Origin: Eledone cirrhosa
Lineage: Eukaryota
Assembly: GCA_964016885.1 (NCBI GenBank)
Contig: OZ024744.1
Coordinates: 101,060,001-101,124,000, forward strand
Length of the DNA stretch: 64,000 bases
Direction of reading: 5' to 3'
The notes under the pieces were generated by a model. That model was not told the DNA's origin. It was given only the letters and a program-made list of their open reading frames with translations, and ran no database searches. Shown piece by piece: positions 1-9,647 of this stretch (position 1 is its first letter; the number at the start of each line of letters is the position of its first letter). The position numbers and the translations under genes are program-made.

Positions 1-3000
1 TCAGCTCCCATTTGGTGTAAAGGTTATCACTAAAGTTATTGCATATAGTTGCTAATTTAGACAGGGACTGTTGTCAGCTCCCATTTGGTGTAAAGGTTAA
101 CACTAAAGTTATTGTATATAGTTCCTAATTTGTACAGAGACTGTTGTCAGCTCCCATTTGGTGTAAAGGTTAACACTAAAGTTATTGTATATAGTTCCTA
201 ATTTGGACAGAGACTGTTGTCAGCTCCCATTTGGTGTAAAGGTTAACACTAAAGTTATTGCATATAGTTGCTAATTTAGACAGGGACTGTTGTCAGCTCC
301 CATTTGGTGTAAAGGTTAACACTAAAGTTATTGTATATAGTTCCTAATTTGGACAGGGACTGTTGTCAGCTCCCATTTGGTGTAAAGGTTAACACTAAAG
401 TTATTGCATATAGTTCCTAATTTGGACAGAGACTGTTGTCAGCTCCCATTTGGTGTAAAGGTTAACACTAAAGTTATTGTATATAGTTCCTAATTTGGAC
501 AGGGACTGTTGTCAGCTCCCATTTGGTGTAAAGGTTAACACTAAAGTTATTGTATATAGTTCCTAATTTGGACAGAGACTGTTGTCAGCTCCCATTTGGT
601 GTAAAGGTTAACACTAAAGTTATCGTATATAGTTCCTAATTTGGACAGAGACTGTTGTCAGCAACCATTTACTGTAAAGATTAACACTAAAGTTACTATA
701 TATAGTTCCTAATTTCGACAGAGACTGTTGTCAGCTCCCATTTGGTGTAAAGGTTAACACTAAAGTTATTGTATATAGTTCCTAATTTGGACAGGGACTG
801 TTGTCAGCTCCCATTTGGTGTAAAGTTTAACACTAAAGTTATCGTATATAGTTCCTAATATGGACAGAGACTGTTGTCAGCTCCCATTTACTGTAAAGAT
901 TAACACTAAAGTTACTATATATAGTTCCTAATTTGGACAGAGACTGTTGTCAGCTCCCATTTGGTGTAAAGGTTAACACTAAAGTTATTGTATATAGTCC
1001 CTAATTTGGACAGGGACTGTTGTCAGCTCCCATTTGGTGTAAAGGTTAACACTAAAGTTATTGTATATAGTCCCTAATTTTGACAGGGACTGTTGTCAGC
1101 TCCCATTTGGTGTAAAGGTTAACACTAAAGTTATTGTATATAGTCCCTAATTTTGACAGGGACTGTTGTCAGCTCCCATTTGGTGTAAAGGTTAACACTA
1201 AAGTTATTGTATAGTTCCTAATTTGGACAGGGACTGTTGTCAACTCCCATTTGGTGTAAAGGTTAACACTAAAGTTATTATATATAGTTCCTAATTTGGA
1301 CAGGGACTGTTGTCAGCTCCCATTTGGTGTAAAGGTTAACACTAAAGTTATTGTATATAGTCCCTAATTTTGACAGGGACTGTTGTCAGCTCCCATTTGG
1401 TGTAAAGGTTAACACTAAAGTTATTGTATAGTTCCTAATTTGGACAGGGACTGTTGTCAACTCCCATTTGGTGTAAAGGTTAACACTAAAGTTATTATAT
1501 ATAGTTCCTAATTTGGACAGGGACTGTTGTCAGCTCCCATTTGGTGTAAAGGTTAACACTAAAGTTATTGTATATAGTTCCTAATTTGGACAGGGACTGT
1601 TGTCAGCTCCCATTTGGTGTAAAGGTTAACACTAAAGTTATTGTATATAGTCCCTAATTTTGACAGGGACTGTTGTCAGCTCCCATTTGGTGTAAAGGTT
1701 AACACTAAAGTTATTGTATAGTTCCTAATTTGGACAGGGACTGTTGTCAACTCCCATTTGGTGTAAAGGTTAACACTAAAGTTATTATATATAGTTCCTA
1801 ATTTGGACAGGGACTGTTGTCAGCTCCCATTTGGTGTAAAGGTTAACACTAAAGTTATTGTATATAGTTCCTAATTTGGACAGGGACTGTTGTCAGCTCC
1901 CATTTGGTGTAAAGGTTAACACTAAAGTTATTGTATATAGTCCCTAATTTGGACAGGGACTGTTGTCAGCTCCCATTTGGTGTAAAGGTTAACACTAAAG
2001 TTATTGTATATAGTTCCTAATTTGGACAGAGACTGTTGACAGCTCCCATTTGGTGTAAAGATTAACACTAAAGCTATTATATATAGTTCCTAATTTGGAC
2101 AGAGACAGTTGTCAGCTCCCATTTGGTGTAAAGATTAACACTAAAGCTATTGTATATAGTCCCTAATTTGGACAGAGACTGTTGTCAGCTCCCATTTGGT
2201 GTAAAGGTTAACACTAAAGTTATTGTATATAGTTCCTAATTTGGACAGAGAGTGTTGTCAGCTCCCATTTGGTGTAAAGGCTAACACTAAAGTTATTGTA
2301 TATAGTTCCTATTTTGGACAGGGACTGTTGTCAGCTCCCATTTGGTGTAAAGGCTAACACTAAAGTTATTGTATATAGTTCCTATTTTGGACAGAGACAG
2401 TTGTCAGCTCCCATTTGGTGTAAAGGTTAACACTAAAGTTATTGTATAGTTCCTAATTTGGACAGGGACTGTTGTCAACTCCCATTTGGTGTAAAGGTTA
2501 ACACTAAAGTTATTATATATAGTTCCTAATTTGGACAGGGACTGTTGTCAGCTCCCATTTGGTGTAAAGGTTAACACTAAAGTTATTGTATATAGTTCCT
2601 AATTTGGACAGGGACTGTTGTCAGCTCCCATTTGGTGTAAAGGTTAACACTAAAGTTATTGTATATAGTCCCTAATTTTGACAGGGACTGTTGTCAGCTC
2701 CCATTTGGTGTAAAGGTTAACACTAAAGTTATTGTATAGTTCCTAATTTGGACAGGGACTGTTGTCAACTCCCATTTGGTGTAAAGGTTAACACTAAAGT
2801 TATTATATATAGTTCCTAATTTGGACAGGGACTGTTGTCAGCTCCCATTTGGTGTAAAGGTTAACACTAAAGTTATTGTATATAGTTCCTAATTTGGACA
2901 GGGACTGTTGTCAGCTCCCATTTGGTGTAAAGGTTAACACTAAAGTTATTGTATATAGTCCCTAATTTTGACAGGGACTGTTGTCAGCTCCCATTTGGTG

Positions 3001-6000
3001 TAAAGGTTAACACTAAAGTTATTGTATAGTTCCTAATTTGGACAGGGACTGTTGTCAACTCCCATTTGGTGTAAAGGTTAACACTAAAGTTATTATATAT
3101 AGTTCCTAATTTGGACAGAGACTGTTGTCAGTTCCCATTTGGTGTAAAGGTTAACACTAAAGTTATTGTATATAGTTCCTAATTTGGACAGGGACAGTTG
3201 TCAGTTCCCATTTGGTGTAAAGGTTAACACTAAAGTTATTGTATATAGTTCCTAATTTGGACAGGGATTGTTGTCAGCTCCCATTTGGTGTAAAGGTTAA
3301 CACTAAAGTTATTGTATATAGTTCCTAATTTGGACAGGGACTGTTGTCAGTTCCCATTTGGTGTAAAGGTTAACACTGAAGTTATTGTATATAGTTCCTA
3401 TTTTGGACAGGGACTGTTGTCAGCTCCCATTTGGTGTAAAGGTTAACACTAAAGTTATTGTATATAGTCCCTAATTTTGACAGGGACTGTTGTCAGCTCC
3501 CATTTGGTGTAAAGGTTAACACTAAAGTTATTGTATATAGTTCCTAATTTGGACAGAGACAGTTGTCAGCTCCCATTTGGTGTAAAGGTTAACACTAAAG
3601 TTATTGTATATAGTCCCTAATTTTGACAGGGACTGTTGTCAGCTCCCATTTGGTGTAAAGGTTAACACTAAAGTTATTGTATAGTTCCTAATTTGGACAG
3701 AGACAGTTGTCAGCTCCCATTTGGTGTAAAGGTTAACACTAAAGTTATTGTATATAGTTCCTAATTTGGACAGAGACAGTTGTCAGCTCCCATTTGATGT
3801 AAAGGTTATCACTAAAGTTATTGTATATAGTTCCTAATTTAGACAGAGACTGTTGACAGCTCCCATTTGGTGTAAAGGTTAACACTAAAGTTATTGTATA
3901 TAGTTCCTAATTTGGACAGAGACTGTTGACAGCTCCCATTTGGTGTAAAGATTAACACTAAAGCTATTATATATAGTTCCTAATTTGGACAGAGACAGTT
4001 GTCAGCTCCCATTTGGTGTAAAGATTAACACTAAAGCTATTGTATATAGTCCCTAATTTGGACAGAGACTGTTGTCAGCTCCCATTTGGTGTAAAGGTTA
4101 ACACTAAAGTTATTGTATATAGTTCCTAATTTGGACAGAGAGTGTTGTCAGCTCCCATTTGGTGTAAAGGCTAACACTAAAGTTATTGTATATAGTTCCT
4201 ATTTTGGACAGGGACTGTTGTCAGCTCCCATTTGGTGTAAAGGCTAACACTAAAGTTATTGTATATAGTTCCTATTTTGGACAGAGACAGTTGTCAGCTC
4301 CCATTTGGTGTAAAGGTTAACACTAAAGTTATTATATATAGTTCCTAATTTGTACAGAGACTGTTGTCAGCTCCCATTTGGTGTAAAGGTTAACACTAAA
4401 GTTATCGTATATAGTTCCTAATTTGTACAGAGACTGTTGTCAGCTCCCATTTGGTGTAAAGGTTAACACTAAAGTTATTGTATATAGTTCCTAATTTGGA
4501 CAGAGGCTGTTGTCAGCTCCCACTTCGTGTAAAGGTTAACACTAAAGTTATTGTATATAGTTCCTAATTTGGACAGAGACTGTTGTCAGCTCCCATTTGG
4601 TGTAAAGGTTAACACTAAAGTTATTGTATATAGTTCCTAATTTGGACAGGGACTGTTGTCAGCTCCCATTCGGTGTAAAGGTTAACACTAAAGTTATCGT
4701 ATATAGTCCCTAATTTGGACAGGGACTGTTGTCAGCTCCCATTTGGTGTAAAGGTTAACACTAAAGTTATCGTATATAGTCCCTAATTTTGACAGGGACT
4801 GTTGTCAGCTCCCATTTGGTGTAAAGGTTAACACTAAAGTTATTGTATATAGTTCCTAATTTGGACAGGGACTGTTGTCAGCTCCCATTTGGTGTAAAGG
4901 TTAACACTAAAGTTATTGTATATAGTTCCTAATTTGGACAGGGACTGTTGTCAGCTCCCATTTGGTGTAAAGATTAACACTAAAGTTATTGTATATAGTC
5001 CCTAATTTTGACAGGGACTGTTGTCAGCTCCCATTTGGTGTAAAGGTTAACACTAAAGTTATTGTATAGTTCCTAATTTGGACAGGGACTGTTGTCAACT
5101 CCCATTTGGTGTAAAGGTTAACACTAAAGTTATTATATATAGTTCCTAATTTGGACAGAGACTGTTGTCAGCTCCCATTTGGTGTAAAGGTTAACACTAA
5201 AGTTATTGTATATAGTTCCTAATTTGGACAGGGATTGTTGTCAGCTCCCATTTGGTGTAAAGGTTAACACTAAAGTTATTGTATATAGTTCCTAATTTGG
5301 ACAGGGACTGTTGTCAGTTCCCATTTGGTGTAAAGGTTAACACTGAAGTTATTGTATATAGTTCCTATTTTGGACAGGGACTGTTGTCAGCTCCCATTTG
5401 GTGTAAAGGTTAACACTAAAGTTATTGTATATAGTCCCTAATTTTGACAGGGACTGTTGTCAGCTCCCATTTGGTGTAAAGGTTAACACTAAAGTTATTG
5501 TATATAGTTCCTAATTTGGACAGAGACAGTTGTCAGCTCCCATTTGGTGTAAAGGTTAACACTAAAGTTATTGTATATAGTTCCTAATTTGGACAGAGAC
5601 AGTTGTCAGCTCCCATTTGATGTAAAGGTTATCACTAAAGTTATTGTATATAGTTCCTAATTTAGACAGAGACTGTTGACAGCTCCCATTTGGTGTAAAG
5701 GTTAACACTAAAGTTATTGTATATAGTTCCTAATTTGGACAGAGACTGTTGACAGCTCCCATTTGGTGTAAAGATTAACACTAAAGCTATTATATATAGT
5801 TCCTAATTTGGACAGAGACAGTTGTCAGCTCCCATTTGGTGTAAAGATTAACACTAAAGCTATTGTATATAGTCCCTAATTTGGACAGAGACTGTTGTCA
5901 GCTCCCATTTGGTGTAAAGGTTAACACTAAAGTTATTGTATATAGTTCCTAATTTAGACAGAGAGTGTTGTCAGCTCCCATTTGGTGTAAAGGCTAACAC

Positions 6001-7550
6001 TAAAGTTATTGTATATAGTTCCTATTTTGGACAGGGACTGTTGTCAGCTCCCATTTGGTGTAAAGGCTAACACTAAAGTTATTGTATATAGTTCCTATTT
6101 TGGACAGAGACAGTTGTCAGCTCCCATTTGGTGTAAAGGTTAACACTAAAGTTATTATATATAGTTCCTAATTTGTACAGAGACTGTTGTCAGCTCCCAT
6201 TTGGTGTAAAGGTTAACACTAAAGTTATCGTATATAGTTCCTAATTTGTACAGAGACTGTTGTCAGCTCCCATTTGGTGTAAAGGTTAACACTAAAGTTA
6301 TTGTATATAGTTCCTAATTTGGACAGAGGCTGTTGTCAGCTCCCATTTGGTGTAAAGGTTAACACTAAAGCTATTGTATATAGTTCCTATTTTGGACAGA
6401 GGCTGTTGTCAGCTCCCACTTCGTGTAAAGGTTAACACTAAAGTTATTGTATTTAGTTCCTAATTTGGACAGGGACTGTTGTCAGCTCCCATTTGGTGTA
6501 AAGGTTATCACTAAAGTTATTGCATATAGTTGCTAATTTAGACAGGGACTGTTGTCAGCTCCCATTTGGTGTAAAGGTTAACACTAAAGTTATTGTATAT
6601 AGTTCCTAATTTGTACAGAGACTGTTGTCAGCTCCCATTTGGTGTAAAGGCTAACACTAAAGTTATTGTATATAGTTCCTATTTTGGACAGGGATTGTTG
6701 TCAGCTCCCATTTGGTGTAAAGGTTAACACTAAAGTTATTGTATATAGTTCCTAATTTGGACAGGGACTGTTGTCAGCTCCCATTTGGTGTAAAGGTTAA
6801 CACTAAAGTTATATATAGTTCCTAATTTGGACAGAGACTGTTGTCAACTCCCATTTGGTGTAAAGGTTATCACTAAAGTTATTGTATATAGTTCCTAATT
6901 TAGACAGGGACTGTTGTCAGCTCCCATTTGGTGTAAAGGTTAACACTAAAGTTATTGTATATAGTTCCTAATTTGGACAGAGACTGTTGTCAGCTCCCAT
7001 TTACTGTAAAGATTAACACTAAAGTTACTATATATAGTTCCTAATTTGGACAGAGACTGTTGTCAGCTCCCATTTGGTGTAAAGGTTAACACTAAAGCTA
7101 TTGTATATAGTTCCTAATTTGGACAGGGACTGTTGTCAGCTCCCATTTGGTGTAAAGATTAACACTAAAGTTATTGTATATAGTTCCTAATTTGGACAGA
7201 GACTGTTGTCAGCTCCCATTTGGTGTAAAGGTTAACACTAAAGCTATTATATATAGTTCCTAATTTGGACAGAGACAGTTGTCAGCTCCCATTTGGTGTA
7301 AAGATTAACACTAAAGCTATTGTATATAGTCCCTAATTTGGACAGAGACTGTTGTCAGCTCCCATTTGGTGTAAAGGTTAACACTAAAGTTATTGTATAT
7401 AGTTCCTAATTTGGACAGGGACTGTTGTCAGCTCCCATTTGGTGTAAAGTTTAACACTAAAGTTATTATATATAGTTCCTAATTTGGAAAGGGACAGTTG
7501 TCAGCTCCCATTTGGTGTAAAGGTTAACACTAAAGTTATTGTATATAGTC
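1..7550. repeat. 73-bp tandem satellite array, left segment (~103 monomers; truncated by the window start)
   Basis: TCAGCTCCCATTTGG recurs at 1, 74, 147 and onward (period 73). Monomers differ from consensus by about 0-5 substitutions. A 71-bp variant (TA deleted from GTATATAG) recurs. Confidence 0.99.
7547..7550 (+). other. Left target-site duplication AGTC
   Basis: AGTC directly precedes TGTAGCG. Removing the element plus one AGTC restores GTATATAGTCCCTAATTTGG, a monomer variant common elsewhere in the array. Confidence 0.93.
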
Positions 7551-7628
7551 TGTAGCGGTTGTCTCCCTTGTTTTGATTAGGATCTAGACGGGAAGTGGAA
7601 CCCTTTCTGCAACTTCCGGTCAGAGCCC

Positions 7629-7635
7629 TATAAAA
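7629..7635 (+). promoter_or_regulatory. Putative LTR TATA box (copy at 9360-9366)
   Basis: CC-TATAAAA lies about 80 bp into the LTR. A pyrimidine-rich, initiator-like stretch (TTCCTTTCTCTCTTT) follows about 22-35 nt downstream. Confidence 0.65.
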
Positions 7636-7849
7636 CTAACAACTTTAAGCTTCCTTTCTCTCTTTGCCTTTTCGGCACCAGGTCAAGAGTCTTCTCATTT
7701 GGCTCTGCCATTAATTTGGCCAACAGGCGCCTGGCCATAGCCAGGCGCCCTCTGCCAGCCGCGTTTGCCTGGCAATCAAAACGGTAACTACTAACTTTGT
7801 TTCATTCTAACATCTATCTTTGACATGTCAAGTATTCTATCTACCCTTA

Positions 7850-7855
7850 ATTAAA
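7850..7855 (+). terminator. Putative polyadenylation signal ATTAAA in the LTR (functional copy would be 9581-9586)
   Basis: ATTAAA about 60 nt from the LTR end, followed by CA dinucleotides and a GT/T-rich tract (TGTCTCGTTTTGTT). Confidence 0.5.
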
Positions 7856-7917
7856 TATTATATACACAAACCATGTCTCGTTTTGTTACATTCATACAAC
7901 CAGTATCCTCGCTATAT

Positions 7918-7935
7918 TGGTAACCCTGACGTGAT
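7918..7935 (+). promoter_or_regulatory. Primer binding site complementary to the 3' end of tRNA-Trp(CCA)
   Basis: TGGTAACCCTGACGTGAT versus the canonical tRNA-Trp PBS TGGTGACCCCGACGTGAT (as in avian leukosis virus): 16/18, starting 1 nt after the LTR end. Confidence 0.92.
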
Positions 7936-7949
7936 ACGAACACGCAGCC
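7918..7949 (-). other. tRNA-Trp-derived 3' fragment (positions ~45-76 including CCA); not a tRNA gene
   Basis: The minus strand reads GGCTGCGTGTTCGTATCACGTCAGGGTTACCA. The recalled metazoan tRNA-Trp 3' end is GGCTGCGTGTTCGAATCACGTCGGGGTCACCA (29/32). The T-arm is present; the anticodon and D arms are absent. Confidence 0.85.
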
Positions 7950-8132
7950 GTTCATCGCTATAAGTGGTCACCCCCAAAAAAAGAAAAAAATAGCACATCT
8001 GGTTTTGTGAGTAACATTACGAATACACAGCAAATTTAGCGACAAACTATGAAAATACTCAAGGACACGCACACACGCACATGTGGAATTCGCACAGACA
8101 TACTTTTTCTCTCACGCATCAATTAACTGTCG

Positions 8133-8267
8133 CATTTCACCAATATATATATATATGTTTCTCGTTTCTTACAACGAACACTTTCAAAACAAAAAAAACA
8201 TTTCACGATATATATATATGTTTCTCGTTTCTTACAACGAACTCTTTCAAAACACAAAAAAAAAAAA
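8133..8267. repeat. Two-copy ~66-bp tandem duplication inside the element
   Basis: CATTTCAC..(AT)n GTTTCTCGTTTCTTACAACGAAC[A/T]CTTTCAAAAC(A)n begins at 8133 and again at 8199. Confidence 0.9.
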
Positions 8268-8832
8268 AGAAATTTGATATTCTTTAAAAAACATTTCAAC
8301 AGGAACATTTATTTTCGATGAACCATTGCCTTTTGTTCTTCGTTTTCTTCATTGTTCAAGTTTTTTTTTTTTTTTTTTCAAAAAGTTCACACCTATAATT
8401 ATGCTGATTGAAGCCTTTCTTTTTCATCATTGTCACTTTCAAAATTGCACTATCATTTTCTCGCGCGTTAGAAATATTTTTTTTTCAACCTTGTATTGGC
8501 ACGTGTAGGCAGCATAAATTCTCGATTCACTGAGATGTCTCTACTCACAGACAGCCGCACGCCATTTATCACCAGGGATTCTTCAGCCTTAAGCTATATT
8601 CTTCTATTTGCCGGTTTATAAATTTACAATGTAAATTTACCGTTGATAACCGCGCATTTATTAAGAATGCTTATTTCTCTGGTCGCTGGCCTCTTGACCC
8701 TTCCAGGTCAACGCATTCTCAACATCGACCATCAACTTCGGCTGCTATTTCTAGCACTTTGCGCAACTCATTTTTTCTAAGTAAATTTTTTTTACTGTGA
8801 ATTTAAACACCGAATACGCTCACTCAGCGAGA

Positions 8833-8870
8833 CAACAGCAGCAGCAACAGCAATATAACAGCAACAGCAA
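8833..8870. repeat. Imperfect CAG/CAA trinucleotide microsatellite
   Basis: CAACAGCAGCAGCAACAGCAATATAACAGCAACAGCAA. Confidence 0.8.
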
Positions 8871-9269
8871 TACATCAATACAGCTTCACCAAAGCCAGAG
8901 AATTCATTTTTGCAGCACTCTTCCTGTGAGAAAATCCATTCGGAGGTTGGAAATTTCACGATATACCACAGAACAGAAACCACCTGCATTCATTCTCTGG
9001 AACACATTCTTTCCTGCTGTCATGTGATTGCACACCTGTGAACTATATTTTGAACTTTGAGCTCTTCTATTACTTTTACTTTATTACATTGTATCTTTGG
9101 GTGATGGATAAATGGATGTCCAGTCGTTCTCTGGCCAAGAGCGGTTGGCTACCTTGATATCTATCATTGATTTTTCCAAACATTCTTTTGTCGTAATTTT
9201 CATGCCTGTTACAACATTCTCGCCAACTTGCTACATATTTTCATTTCGATTTTTATACACTAAAATTCT

Positions 9270-9278
9270 GGCGGGAGG
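9270..9278 (+). promoter_or_regulatory. Polypurine tract (plus-strand primer), slightly degenerate
   Basis: GGCGGGAGG followed by TTA and then the TG of the 3' LTR. It is G-rich within AT-rich surroundings. Confidence 0.75.
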
Positions 9279-9281
9279 TTA

Positions 9282-9647
9282 TGTAGCGGTTGTCTCCCTT
9301 GTTTTGATTAGGATCTAGACGGGAAGTGGAACCCTTTCTGCAACTTCCGGTCAGAGCCCTATAAAACTAACAACTTTAAGCTTCCTTTCTCTCTTTGCCT
9401 TTTCGGCACCAGGTCAAGAGTCTTCTCATTTGGCTCTGCCATTAATTTGGCCAACAGGCACCTGGCCTTAGCCAGGCGCCCTCTGCCAGCCGCGTTTGCC
9501 TGGCAATCAAAACGGTAACTACTAACTTTGTTTCATTCTAACATCTATCTTTGACATGTCAAGTATTCTATCTACCGTTAATTAAATATTATATACACAA
9601 ACCATGTCTCGTTTTGTTACATTCATACAACCAGTATCCTCGCTATA
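9282..9647 (+). repeat. 3' LTR (366 bp)
   Basis: Direct copy of 7551-7916 at offset 1731. Differences: G7729/A9460, A7737/T9468, C7846/G9577. Confidence 0.97.

Larger units (their letters stand above)
7551..7916 (+). repeat. 5' LTR (366 bp)
   Basis: Begins TGTAGCG and ends CGCTATA (imperfect terminal inverted repeat, 6/7). Matches 9282-9647 at 363/366. Confidence 0.97.
7551..9647 (+). mobile_element. Non-autonomous LTR retrotransposon (TRIM/LARD-like, 2,097 bp), probably Ty3/gypsy and resembling the CsRn1/Kabuki clade
   Basis: Two 366-bp direct repeats, a 4-bp TSD (AGTC), a PBS 1 nt after the 5' LTR and a purine-rich tract just before the 3' LTR. The 1,365-bp internal region has no ORF over 76 aa. 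The clade is inferred only from the tRNA-Trp PBS plus 4-bp TSD. Confidence 0.95.

Noticed and set aside
7546-7550. 5-bp TSD (TAGTC)
   Set aside because: The right side would read AAGTC and would shorten the 3' LTR relative to the 5' LTR. The 4-bp AGTC fits exactly.
1-7550. Satellite as a coding repeat, telomeric repeat or tRNA/5S tandem array
   Set aside because: The unit length is not a multiple of 3 and no ORF is called. There is no short G-rich telomere motif. The tRNA-like length has no cloverleaf or A/B boxes.
7820-7831. 12-bp palindrome TTGACATGTCAA in the LTR as a p53-like site
   Set aside because: It is a single imperfect half-site with no adjacent second half-site, so no function can be supported.
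7918-7949. Functional tRNA-Trp gene or tRNA-derived SINE on the minus strand
   Set aside because: Only the 3' 32 nt are present, CCA is included, there is no A box or anticodon arm, and it sits exactly at the PBS position.
8081-8508. Short ORFs of 60-68 aa (8081-8287, 8083-8277, 8123-8308, 8326-8508)
   Set aside because: They overlap in several frames over (AT)n, poly-A/T and the 66-bp duplication. The F/K/I/Y-rich translations are compositional artefacts with no domains.
8636-8680. Translation FTVDNRAFIKNAYF, faintly resembling the gypsy integrase C-terminal 'VSIDRLKPAY' motif
   Set aside because: The similarity is too weak and there is no upstream GPY/F or DDE context.
8691-8711. CTCTTGACC complementary to LTR GGTCAAGAG (7681-7689), plus a small TTGACC/GGTCAA hairpin
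   Set aside because: Matches of 6-9 bp are expected by chance within 2 kb.
8792-9027. Poly-Q ORF (8797-9027) and the antisense poly-C/poly-A ORF as Gag or host-gene remnants
   Set aside because: Both are explained by the CAG/CAA microsatellite. The plus-strand ORF starts at GTG and has no CCHC/CHCC or other motif. A decayed remnant cannot be excluded without a search.
9112-9318. 68-aa hydrophobic ORF as an env-like or membrane peptide
   Set aside because: It is short, T-rich by composition and runs across the PPT into the LTR, with no supporting feature.
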